Source: Octopus sinensis (Eukaryota). Taken from it: a stretch of 64,000 bases of DNA. Positions within the stretch are counted from its first letter, which is position 1, and the number at the start of each line of letters is the position of its first letter. The position numbers and the translations under genes were made by a program. This document shows positions 51,437-64,000 of the stretch, piece by piece. Below the pieces are notes generated by a model. The model searched no databases. It was not told where the DNA came from and saw nothing but the letters and a program-made list of their open reading frames with translations. Location: contig NC_043000.1 of the NCBI RefSeq assembly GCF_006345805.1, positions 94,488,001-94,552,000 of the forward strand, given 5' to 3'.

Positions 51437-54400
51437 CCTACCACACAGCCACTCCTCTGAGAAGTTTCGTTTTATAGTGCAAATGAACGACTGGAATAAC
51501 AATCTGGACGCATGCTAGGTTTATGGAGGAGGTATCCAGTACGATACCTCACCCACAATTATTAAGAAATTTCACAGATATAATCCGGCAGCTAAAACTC
51601 CGAAAGTTAACGAGTGGGCTTTCAGAATCTTTTAATCCACACTTGAACCAACCGGTTGTTCAAGTATTTAGTAGGTTAATCGGGTGTGAATAGGCTGTGA
51701 ATAGGCTGTGAATATCCTAGGGCATGAACTATTTCCCCTTGTTGGTTATACAGACCACAAGCTTGTGATTTCGATGGTTAAAATATAGTACCTGCATAAA
51801 CAGGTTTCTGCTTATTAGATCAGTTTATTATATAATTGTTACCCACGTACAAGGGACTTTGGCAAGCAGAGTGCAGACTAGTTAAATAGTTGGAGATGAT
51901 GATGGTGATCGTCAGGTACTGGTATTCACTCTAAAGGGAGCCATTAAAGTATTAGTGATACACGCCAATTATATTAGATGTGTGATAGGTTACAGTTTAG
52001 AAAATGCGGTGGAAAAAGCATCAAGAAATGAAAACGGCATTCAGCCATTTTTCCGACTTAAAAAAAAAACAAAAAAAAACACGTAGATTTCGTAGTTCAG
52101 TTGTTAGTTTCTCAATAACTGGCTATTTGTCAGCATTTCCCTATCTAGACAATTAATCGCTGAAACGCTAACAATCACATCGGCAGTGATTGAATTTTGA
52201 TTTTCTATTGATTGGATCTCGGTTTGTGTACCAGAATCTGAAATATTTATTTCATCTACTAGAACTGTGTCTATTGTATACTATTTGAATACCATAATCA
52301 CTCGTGGGAAATCAAACCATAATAAATAATTTACACCTAGATTTGAAAGAAATTACAGAATTGACGGGATTATGTTCTGGTTACAGAGAGAAAGAGACAA
52401 GTAGAATATATAAACTGGTGAAAGAGAACTCTGAGTTTGTGAATTCAAACGAAATCTATTGAGGTTCTAATTCACTAAAATCAGACGGATCTACTATTGA
52501 AAATGGCATAATCTTACCAATGGGTATTAATAAACCATCATCGATTCATCCATTTTTCTATTTCTCTCGGCTGTTAAATAGTAGACATTCTGTTTAAAGA
52601 ATTTTATTTCTTGAATAGACGCCACATGAAAACCGTGAATCTTAAAGGCTAAACCTTTGTTCTTAGAATCTGTTAAAAATTCCATTACATTGTAATTGAA
52701 AGAATTCTAGCTCAGTAATTGAAGTTTTAGCGTTCTGTGCACGTTATGTGGGAAAAGCCATTCTGAAATTTGTTGCTTCAAGACTCAATATGTGATCAAT
52801 CAAAATATTTATGCTTTTCGGATATATGACTCTTTTCTTTGATCTTGGATTGAATTCAATACTGTCACGGAGAATCAGTACTTTGTATGGATTCCACTAG
52901 CATCAAACACAAATACAGGAAAATTGTAGTTGCTATAAATCCGCAAGTGAATATCAGATACACTGAGACAAAACGGCTAACTGTAAAACAAAACTTATTC
53001 TTTCATATTTCATAACATCTAGCTCAATACCACAACGGGAGTCCTCCACATCACTAATCCTCTTCAAATGTGGTTTATAATCAGAAAATAAAACCACGTT
53101 TGTTTACAAATTTTAATTAAAATCTCAAGATATAGAGATATTAGTCAATAGAAAATCAAGACATGGAAATAAAAAGACTGGTTGAGGATGCGGTTCAATA
53201 CTACTAACGGGTGACTATCGATCATCAGTCCAGTTCATAATCAATAATGAATAAAGATACATATCATAACAAGCAAGGTGTAAAATGACACACCTATGCC
53301 TTGGATTTTGTTGCCAACTAAATTCATATCATAATCAACGAGATCTAAAAATTGCCAAAATATGTACAAGTTGCGAAATCTCTTCCTTGGAACAGCTAGC
53401 TAATTACTTTTAATTAACTTATATTTACAGATAATTCGTAGAATTTGGAGCCATCACTGAAATTTACGTTTCGTTTATTAAAAAGTCCATGTGAACAATG
53501 TGATCGAAGATACAAAAATAGATTTATGCATATGTCAGAAGTTATTGCCCTTTATTCAGTACCACATCCAACCCATTAACTATTCACGAGCACATTGTTT
53601 AAATGACCCCTGTATTTAGCAGCGTAACACTATCAATGTAAAGCGGCAGTTGTGTGCTGGACAAAGTAAAAATTTACCTAAAGAACCCGTTAAAAAAGAA
53701 ACGTTCAGTCAGTCAAAAAGTATTCTGCCTTTCAATACTTGTACTTTGGGCTCTTGAATTAATGCTGTTGAAGTCGAATGTAATAAGCGTTGTCCTTCTA
53801 GAATAGGGTTTTGGAATGCTGAATAAGCATAGGAAGAAGAAATCATGGTTATGTTATCGGACACAGCAGGAATAAGTTAGTTGACTCCAAACTGAAAATC
53901 ACGAGGTATTAGTAAGGGAAAGAAATAACCAAATAAGTCAGTTGGTATGTCACAGGTATGTTTATGCTGACAAGTCTCGTAAATCATTTGACAAAGTTCA
54001 TAGATATTCCATTTAAAGAAGCTTGCATTCTGGTTCGGACTACAACTCAGGATAAATAGAATCTGGATTGATTTTAAGAGCTGGAGCTGGTCTTAGAGAG
54101 AAATTGGATCGAATGACAGATATCAAGCAAAGGTGAGAAGCACTTTAAAAAAACTCGTCAGTCATTACCGTTTGAATGTTGTGCCTTGCCCTAGTTTTCG
54201 TCTCACCAGATTTGGACATCTGTTCTTTCACGCCTCGTGGAAGGGATACATTTGTCCCTTCCATTGTACCGCCTTGCGGAAGGGATACATGTCAATGGTC
54301 AAAAAATATATCTGCAACTAACAGTTTTTGCACAGATTTTATATGACTACTTATGGATGTGCTGAGATTGTGGCATCTATAGGAATTACTGGGCATTGAG

Positions 54401-55372
54401 CGAATGTGATCACCGTTTGTCAAGCATGTCTTATCAAAATGTATCTCCTTACATAGCTGTAGTCTCAGTAGTGGTGGTAGTGGTGGTATTACGCACCTAA
54501 ACAAACATTAGGCGCTCGTCAAGAGGAATGTAATCAGACGTTGACAGTTCTCCGCCAGTTAAGCAATGCGCCAATTGTTTATAAACTCTTCTATTCTATA
54601 AAGCATTAGTGGTGACATGAGTATGGCACGTATAACACACACGAATTAGCCCACTTTTCAACATGCACATGTAAGCTGAAAATATACAGCTGACACGAAA
54701 CACTTATTAAGAGTAAGGTGATTCCTATCGTTTTCGTTTACATAGCTTCTTTTACATGCCTCTTTTCTTTTATTCGCATCTACGTAACATATTCCATGGT
54801 TGCTGTAATTTATCGTCGTAATACATTAATATATATTCACTCATTCAACCCTATCCTTATGGCAAATGAAGCAATCATTATTCACATTTTAACTCACATT
54901 CGATAACAAGAATCCAACAAACCAATGTTCGCCAGAATATACAATTAGTTACTTTAAAAAGAGATCAGGAAACTAGATTATTTAAAATCAATGGAACAAC
55001 AGAAGCCTTAACATAATAAGTGTTCTGCATTACAATTAAATTCGAGATTATAATTAAATAACTTGACTTAAACAATTAAACAAAGGTTTCAATATGCATA
55101 TTAAAGAAAGATTTTAATAACGTATATATGATTTTAATTGAAGAGAAAATACAATGTACATATTGCGTCAAAACACAATGGACATTGTATGCCTACCGGC
55201 CGCATGATTTATTTTAACGTATGCAAACACGCGCGCGCGTGTGTGCATATATGTATATAATACACACAGGTACACGCAGAAATGCAATACGTGTGAGCGC
55301 GTGCACACATTGTGTACATTTTCTGTGTTCGTAAGAAGATACAGAGAATGAAGATTACACATTATTTCAAGA

Positions 55373-55414
<42 letters not shown>

Positions 55415-55979
55415 CAAAGTGAAGTTGTAAGGTACCGCACGAGTGGAAATATATACGAAAGACGGTTTGAAAATGCAATTTTAAAGATGTTTATTCACTT
55501 GACCGGTTTCACCTTTTTAGAAAAAGATTGTCAAAAGTAAAATGTAAAGCTTTCTATAAGCTTTGTTGTGTTGAGTACAGGTTGTCACAAAAGTATTAAG
55601 ATACATGTATACATTCTTTGATAATAATAGGAAAATGTTAAAAACAGTTTACAAGGAAATATCTGAGAAAATATTAAACGAAAAGTTCAATAAAAATCAT
55701 GTTTGTTTGGAAGTATCTATATACATACACAGAAAAAAGTGTTAGGAGTTCAATGAAAATTGTGTTTAGTGATATATACATAGACAGAAGGAGATATATT
55801 TAGGTGTTTACAAAGAATTTGAGATGAACTGACCTGTTTTAGCAATTTTTATTTTGTGTGAAGCTAAGAGTTGTTTGTTATTTTAAGAGACAGTGTGGGC
55901 GGTTGGTTGTGGTGGAGGAAGGAAGAGCAACGTGGAATTGAAAGGATTTTTTTTGTTTCTGGGCTAGTCTGTCATGGTT

Positions 55980-56092
55980 CAGTGGTTTTGGGGAGTGGTA
56001 TTAGAGGTCCGAATGGTGTGAGTGTGTTGTCAAGTGATGGTCGGGGGACAAACACAGAGCAATGCACGCACACACACACACACAGACACACG

Positions 56093-56133
<41 letters not shown>

Positions 56134-56500
56134 TATATATACGACGGGTTTCTTTCAGTTTCCATCTACCAAATCCACTCACAAGGCTTTGGTTGGCCAG
56201 AGGTTATAGTAGAAGACACTTGCCCAAGGTGCCACACAGTGGGACTGAACCCAGAACCACGTGGTTGAAAAGGAAGTTACTTATTTCTTTATTGCCCATA
56301 AGGGACTAAATATAGAGGGGACAAACAAGGACGGGCAAAGGGATTAAGTCGATTACACCGACCCCAGTGTGTAACTGGGACTTAATTTATCGACCCCGAA
56401 AGGATGAAAGGCAAAGTCGACCTCGGCAGAATTTGAACTCAATGTAACGGCAGACGAAATACTGCTAAGCATTTCGCCCGGCGTGCTTACGTTTCTGCCG
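55980..56500 (-). mobile_element. SINE family A (55980-56270) abutting SINE family B (56278-56500)
   Basis: Homology to the copies above. Confidence 0.85.
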
Positions 56501-57350
56501 TTCAATTTGATGACTCTGCATCATGGTTCAGTGTCCGTGGTGGAGTGCACTGTGTACCCACTCCTACCTTGTTTGGCATCTTCTTCCATATCATGCTGAA
56601 GCACGACTTCAAAATATCACAGAAGATAGACTAAAACCTGTTCATTCTGTTCCGATTAAGGACATAAACTAATGTATGCCAAATAATCACCAGAGACCAG
56701 CTTTATATATATGGCGTGGAACTGGCTCCACATTCAGAGGATGAGTTGCAGTTCCTAATTGAGAGTCTCACAGATGTCTGACAAAAATTCAGCCCAATTG
56801 AAGAGGAAGAGGATGCTGAGTTAAAATGTTAAGCATTTCCTTAAAATTAACATCAGATGTTGCAAGCTGGGCTTAGACAACGATTTTATAGACTTTGGTT
56901 TCATTGCCACAGACAATCATTTTTAAGAGTATTGAGATCTACAGACGCATCAAAAGCGCAGTTTTAATTCTAACCAGGCTGACAAAGGGTGTCCCTAGCA
57001 GACTAAAATAATGGAGCAGAAAAGGACTGCAATCTACAGACTTGAATCTTCACGAGTAAGATCTCGGGCATCAACCCCAGAAAAGGGTGGCGTCCGAGTA
57101 GACTGACCAAGCTACCGACAATGAAGTCCCGGCTTGCATCAAGTCATTTAGTCTCCTCACCCTACTCCTCCGCTGGGTTGACGACGTACTTTGTATATCA
57201 GATCCTGAGAATCTCGAAAGATTTGCTGTATAGATTTGCAGGGAACCTGCCTCCGGCAAGAAAACACGTAGGGGAGCCCACCTTCTATTCAGAGATACCC
57301 ATGAGAGAGATATGAAGTCCTTGAACATGAACGTTGAAAGGCCAGAGTAA
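56500..57350 (+). mobile_element. Old RTE-clade LINE fragment
   Basis: Degenerate GV..C..PTLFGIFF, then LRW(V), RISKDLLY, ..ASGKKTRRG.., RDMKSLNMN. Confidence 0.65.
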
Positions 57351-57987
57351 TTTTTTCTGATGATAACTCCCACAGCAAGGTGGAACTTACCAGGATGAAT
57401 TTTAAAAAGTGAGAGAAATGGTTGGGGATTACTGATGAATAAAACCAAAATCAACGGTAAAGCACTCCCTGGCAACACTGACAGAAATTAGTCACTGTAG
57501 CAGAAACTGTCACACATATGAGTCTCTCCATTTGAGGCCACCGCGGCTCTACAAACAACACAAAAGCAATGTTTTTCAGGCCTACATCCATTTCTCCGTT
57601 GAGTCATAACGACATATGATCTCACAAGATGCTGTGGATACACGCGAAGATAGATGTCTGGTAAAATTAGGTAATAGTTTTAATGATTCATATTAAGGAT
57701 TCTATGCATTATTGAAACATATGTAGTGCGTAAGTGCCTCTTCCATTTCTTTCATTTGATATTATCGAATACTAAACAATGTAAGATGCTTTCAATCTGG
57801 AGTTATGTAGCACCTGTCATCGTACCAAGGTAATAATTTTAATATGACAGAAAGAGCATATTTGGTACATGGATGAATAAATATTATGAATCGATTATCG
57901 TTTCCTTTTCGATTTCTGTACAAACATGCTTACGCTAAAGGCTAACCAACTCTTCGACGACGTCCTACTGGATCTCATTACCTTGAT

Positions 57988-58053
<66 letters not shown>

Positions 58054-58214
58054 TATACTAGAGTAAGCACGTAGATGTGGAGCAAGGTGGAAAAAATAAT
58101 ACTCGGATACCGGAGATAGATTAATACGTTTTATTGATAAAGCTACAAAGACATCACAAAAACTGTTACTCAGAGTTTTACGTTCCGGTTTATCGGACAG
58201 TTTTGGTTTAGAAT

Positions 58215-58343
58215 TCAAGCGATGTTGGGGGGACAAACACAGACACACAAACACACACACACACACACACCACACACACACACACACACACCACACACAC
58301 ACACACACACCACACACACACACACACACAAACAAACATATAT

Positions 58344-58400
<57 letters not shown>

Positions 58401-58545
58401 GACGGGCTTCTTTCAGTTTCCGTCTACCAAATCCACTCACAAGGCTTTGGTCGGCCCGAGGTTATAGTAGAAGACACTTACGCAAGTTGCCACACAGTGG
58501 GACTGAACCCAAAACCATGTGGTTGGTAAGCAAGCATACAGCCAC
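58215..58545 (-). mobile_element. SINE family A (tail truncated)
   Basis: Head and expanded internal microsatellite. Confidence 0.85.
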
Positions 58546-58678
58546 TTAAATTTTCTGTTAGAATTTTTGCATAAACTGGTGTTGCAAATGGGGATGGTAT
58601 GGAAACATGTGTAGCCTATAATTAAAGAATTATAAGAACTTCTCTCTGTATTTACACACATAAATACATACATATATA

Positions 58679-59526
58679 CGGAGTCTTGCAGATAAACTGA
58701 AGCAAATTTCATGATACATAAAACTGGTTAGAAATACTATAATAATGGTAGTAGACAAATATACATTATTGTAACATTTATTATAACAAAACTTTTAGCA
58801 GTCAATATGGCCGCCCTTTTGGGCTATTACTGCCTCCACACGAGAACGAAATTTTTTTGTTCCTGCAGGAACCTCAGCGTTTTTGATTTTGCGTGTCGCA
58901 CACACGATGCAGGTATTCAAACTATTGACACTCGAGTGTGGTGAAGCATTGGTCCTTGCTTGAAGTATGCCCCATAAAAAGTAATCAAGAAGGTTGAGAT
59001 TTGGGCATCTCTCGGCTCTGATTACTTTAGCCTTGGCTCTTAGGAGGCGACAGCATCGTCGAAATAGGTAGTTATGCCAAGGTTCCTGTTCAGAGCTCTG
59101 GACACTGTGGAAAGGGATTCATTGGGTTTCTTTGCAAGAGTTATCATGGATGTGAATGTGCTGGCTTCAATCGAGCGTTTGAGGCCACGAAGTATCTTTG
59201 GATTGAGCTTAGAATCACTTCGAGTCTTGTGTTCTTTTCTATCGATCTTTCCAACTTCTTTAGATTATTTATACACACGATAAACTGTTGCTTTTGAAAG
59301 TTTCGTCAGCTTAATAGTTTTATTGGCAGAGCACCCAGCTCGCGCCAAAATAACAATGACGGAATTATTCTGTTATTCCTCGATTATCTGTCATCAAATC
59401 AGTTCGCTATTTGCCTAAAAAATTAAAGAGGATTAGATTTTTAAGCAAGGTTTTGTCAAAAAATGAAATGTTAAACCCATTAAGTCAACCGCTTAAAATT
59501 GGTCTCAGTTTATCTGCAAGACCCTG
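58679..59526 (-). mobile_element. DD37D/maT-like transposon with both TIRs, catalytic region deleted
   Basis: TIRs GTCTTGCAGATAAACTGA at both ends. N-terminal HTH-like ...KLSKATVYRV, then LKRSIEAS, AERC joined directly to PNLNLLDYFLWG, and C-terminal FRSRVEAVIAQKGGHID. Confidence 0.8.
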
Positions 59527-59536
59527 TGTATGTTTG

Positions 59537-59567
<31 letters not shown>

Positions 59568-61560
59568 TGTGTGTTGTGTGTGTGGTGTGTGTGTGTGTGT
59601 GTGGTGTGTGTGTGTGCGAGTGTGTGTGTGCATATGCATAATGCTGCTTGTTTTTATGTCAAGTTATAATAAAACATTTGAAATTTTAACTGAATAAGCA
59701 CATTATAATACTTTTTTGTAGAGTACATCATTATTAAACTTTTACAGAATGAGATGCAGAAATGACTTCGAAGTTTCGACCGGCTATTCTTCGCCGGACT
59801 GTATATAGTTGAAGTGAAATCTATGACAGTCATGTTTTAGGGAAACAAATCAGTAAAGTAGTTGCTGTGTACTGACTTCAACTGGGAATTAAAACATTTT
59901 CGCTCTTTTGGCATGATAGGATATTAACACTTGTTTAACATTTGCTTTTAACGTGCAAATATTAATCCAGTATCGTAAAAAAAAATTAATAAGACAAAAA
60001 GAAAGAAAAAGAAAACAATCTTAATGCCTCGATAAAACAAACCAAATTCCTTTTCAGCCGTTTATATACCTGTCCTCAGCTGTGATAATTGTAACTAACA
60101 AAACACCAAAAATATTGTGAATATTTTACGTCACTTAAACCGAACAGGTTTTACATATGAAAAGGAATTAAATTCGCACTTATACTGTATAACACCTCAC
60201 ATGACTTCCATTAACTACGAGCGAACTTTGAGAGGTACATGATGGATATTTAATGGACAATTAAACCTAATTGAGAAATAAAAGCTTATAAATTGCCTAC
60301 AAATAAAAATATCCTTTCGACAACTATACATGGACAAGTATGTGTTGTCCTCACGTTGTTATAACTGCCAGCATTTGCTAGTTCCATAAAATATATTATT
60401 CCCCAAGCTTCGCACCTAGTAACTTCAATAAACGGTCGGATACACTGATATTTAATATCCAACGTTTTATGTTAATATCCATTTGATTTCTTCCAGAATG
60501 AAAATAACAGAGATGAAGAGGAGGTAAACGTTGGTTGATAAAATCGAAGATAATAGTAGCAATAGTAGTGTTACTGCGTTAATCAGTCGATGAAGATGGG
60601 GAGATGCTATTCTCCTAATCGAAACAAACTGCAATTAACTTCAAGTGAAGAGTAATAGATTTAAGATATATATCAAGTACTGCTTGATAGCACTGAATCA
60701 CACTGCAGCAAGTTAAAGAACTTAAATGATAAAATATGCATAAACGCGTAACCTTTTTAATATGTGAAATTACTACGCAATATAAAAATAGTGCAGGTTT
60801 ACAATCGTTTAGCATTATACAAACAGTAATTTTATGAAATTTTGAATTGATAAGAATGGATGTAATAAGCAAGTGAAAACTGAATATTTCCAAAGGCATG
60901 CTTGTAATAATTAAATAAAGTCGAATGCAAAAATGGTAAATTACTTTGTGCTAAATAACTTGTTCATGTCATAAGTATTTTGTTGTTCTTTTTTCTTTAA
61001 TTGGAAACCAATTATGACCGCGGTAACATTTAATAATGAAGCATTACAAATGCAATAAATTTTAGGGTATCTTTTTCGCGTAGTTCAAGTAATTATCAGA
61101 TCTTCGTTGAAGTGAGGTGAGTACTTATTGTTTCATTTTCTGTTTTCACCCACCGGTAATTTGATTCCAGCTATGAATCGAAAGTGTGTCACAGCTCGAA
61201 TTTTTCAAGAACATCTCATACAACCACTTCATTTATAACGATATAATAGCTACTCACATAATTATAAAAATACGATATTAAAGAACAAGGGATTGAGATG
61301 GTTTATTGTAATCTCTAAATCATAGTTTTTATGATACAAAAATTTAGATTATATCGTCTTCTTTAATGTGAACTCACCTCAGAAAATTGAAACGGTGCTC
61401 AGTATTTCTTGTAAGAATAAGACCATTTTCAAATTACGATACCTAACTACGAGATCATCAAATTTTCTACGTTCATAACTTTATCCACTTGTATCTCAGA
61501 GAAGCTACTTTTGTCGAGACATAAAACCGTAACTTAGAATACGCACTTTAACTATATTTA

Positions 61561-62200
61561 ACTTACTACTTACTTGTACTTGTGACGGCATTAACCCAGG
61601 GCGGTTTGAGCCGGCTTCTTCTCTGGTCCTGACGGCATCACGAACTATGGCGGCCCACGCTCGACAGTCCTGTGCGAGGTCACTGGAGATAGCGAGCCAT
61701 TCGCGGTTCCATCTGCGCAGACCTACCACCTACGGACCTGAGAATTCGGAGGGGTCCTCCTTTATCGTCGTTGCCCATGTGTTCAGCTGCCCACCCGTGC
61801 GTTTGCGCCAGTTGGGAAGTGGCAGTGGGAGGAGGACATCGCGAATCAACTCACCCTCTAGACGCCGGGCTGCATGACCGAACCACCTTAAGAGCCGTTG
61901 TAGAAACACCGAAGGGAGGGACAGGAGATTCAGGCGATGACGAAGACTGGCTGTAGGAACCCGATAAATGCGTCAGCAGTGAAGAATTCGGCGGAGACAG
62001 TCATTGTCGAACACCTCCAGCCTTCGCTGATCGACTACCCTCATAGGCCATGTTTCACAACAATAGAGGAGGATAGTACGAATGACGGCCTGGTAGATTC
62101 GCCCTTTGGTCACCGAGGAGATCTCTCTTCTGTCCCACAGGCACAGCTGGAGGCGCACGAATGCGGATCTGACAGCACCTATGCGACATTCGACCTCTAC
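61561..62200 (-). mobile_element. RTE-clade LINE, 5'-truncated, with (AAGT)n-type tail
   Basis: TKGRIYQAVIRTILLYCCETW, LEVFDNDCLRRIL, LAQDCRAWAAIVRDAV, GSNRPG; tail CAAGTACAAGTAAGTAGTAAGT. Confidence 0.88.
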
Positions 62201-62899
62201 TCATAGTCATACGGATGTTAGATCTTGGGAACAGAAAGATATAGGATAGCTGATAAGAAATGAAGTAAAATCTCACAAATAAATTCAAATTAATGCAGCA
62301 GTTAAACTCGAGCTACCTTGACTAATTGTGATGGTTTATTTTAAACATGAACAAAAGTAGCGTGCTAGAAGGACAGTGTTGTGATGAAAATCACGACGAC
62401 CTCCCCCGCAAGAATAGACTCCAACGAACGACTAAAAATAGTAGCGGTATGAGTGAGAGGGACAGTAAGTAGGCATTAATAGAAGGAAGTCGTACGATGT
62501 CTCGTTTTGGCAGTTTGTCGGAATATGGTTTGCCTTTCCCTTAGCGTGGAGAGAGGAGGCCGGTATGCATGGGCGACTGCTGGTCTTCCATAAACAACCT
62601 TGTCCGGACTTGTGCCTGGGAGGATAACTTTCTAGGTGCAATCCCACGGTCAGTCATGACCGAAGGGGATCTCAACTACATGGTTATAGTGTAAACCTCT
62701 ATCATCATAAATAGTGGCGATACTACAATAATTGGGGACGTGTAACTACGTTACAATAAATAGTAAGAGCAGCAAAAAAAAAAAAAAAGGAAACAGGCAA
62801 AAGAAACTGTCCTATTCTTTCTGGCTCTTTGTGTTTTGAGTTCAGCTTGTTCCAAAGTCAATTTTTGCCTTTTATCCCTTCGAGGTCCATAAAAGTAGG

Positions 62900-63200
62900 T
62901 ACCAGCAAAATACTGGAGGCCAATGGTATTGACTAATCCCCTGCCCTCAATCTGTTTGACCTTGAGCCTCAATCAGAAACCATTGTAAATATTTTCTACT
63001 ATAAGCACAATCCCTGGAACTTGGGCGAGTAGGGTTAGTAAATTACAGCTACCCTAATACTCGACGGATATTTATTTTATCGACTCCGAAAGGAGGAAAC
63101 GCAAAGTTGTTCTCGGCGGAATTTGCACTCAGACTATAAAGCAGAAAAAATGCTACGTAGCATTCTGTCCAGCATGCTAACGATTCTGCTAGCTCGCTGC
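62900..63200 (-). mobile_element. Diverged SINE family B copies
   Basis: ttatcgactccgaaagga...cggcggaatttg...ctgctagctcgctgc; a second partial domain lies at ~62880-62940. Confidence 0.7.
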
Positions 63201-63230
63201 TTTAGAAACCATTGTAGATAAAAGCAAAAC

Positions 63231-63265
<35 letters not shown>

Positions 63266-64000
63266 AGGATTATTATTCAGAAGTTTAGATCACAGACCAG
63301 TTCCTGATATTTTTTCAATCGGTGCATTTTCTCATAGCTGTGAGGATTCTTTTCCGCATAGTTGGATGATGCTCTCCAAACTAAAAGTTGGTCTGCAGTT
63401 CATTTTTGTAACTTAGATTCATTGACACATTTCTTCCAAAAGAACATGATCCTTCTACATTTGATTGTAATTAACAGCATAGTTTTCTTTGCTTGCGGTG
63501 TATTTCTTGCATTATTATCTCTATTATCGTCTTAACAACAAACCAGACCAGATAGAAGTAGACATACGACCATTTTCAGATGTTCCATGCGTAAGCGTCA
63601 CCTCTTTTATTCGGGAATACATTAGCAAATGTGTCCTTCCCTTTTCACACAGTCAGGCATTATTTCTAGGAAATTAGTCTACTATTACTAATGGGAGAGA
63701 GTAAGTTTGCATCATCTTTAAACATAAGTGCGAAGGAACAAGACTAACAGAATATAAACAACCATCAACTAAAACTACAGGTACTAACAACTAGTGTTTC
63801 TGCTGCAGTACTTGACAGGGCTTGAGTTCATTAAACAATCCATGTTACTACTTCTGCTATTTTTTTAATTCATTTATTGGTTTTGGGTATTGAACGGTTG
63901 CCATGCAAGTTTATTACCTTTGAGGGATTTTTAAAGTCAATTACAGCATCAGTCATTAGTCTGCTGTTGGACACATGTGCGTGCATATACAATAGATCCC

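Noticed and set aside
60497-60523. 27-nt AG/GT-bounded segment (NENNRDEEE), and a similar candidate at ~63483-63593
   Set aside because: Phase 0-0, so not chainable with the other candidates; no homology, and expected by chance.

Overview
AT-rich, repeat-saturated eukaryotic DNA. The SINE families look like those of octopus (coleoid cephalopod) genomes; that assignment is from recognition, not a search. No intact protein-coding gene is visible, and almost every ORF in the supplied track is a microsatellite translation or a broken transposon frame. The window holds dense microsatellites, three tRNA-derived SINE families, and decayed non-LTR retrotransposons of five kinds (CR1/L2-like, RTE, R4/Dong-like, CRE-like, Penelope-like). 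It also holds Tc1/mariner/DD37D relics, MITEs and a non-autonomous Helitron. The most notable observations are: (1) several unrelated small elements carrying hammerhead-ribozyme cores, including a 357-bp tandem repeat whose ribozyme core is identical while its flanks have diverged, and a 57-bp-arm perfect palindrome; (2) a ~540-bp satellite array that folds back on itself, plus a second ~1.2-kb fold-back palindrome, either of which could be a long-read artefact; (3) an RTE LINE ending in three C2H2 zinc fingers; (4) an RTE 3' end resembling trematode elements; (5) a SINE whose tail matches the 3' end of a LINE in the same window. A few splice-signal-bounded micro-exon candidates on + suggest the window may be intronic, but this is weak.
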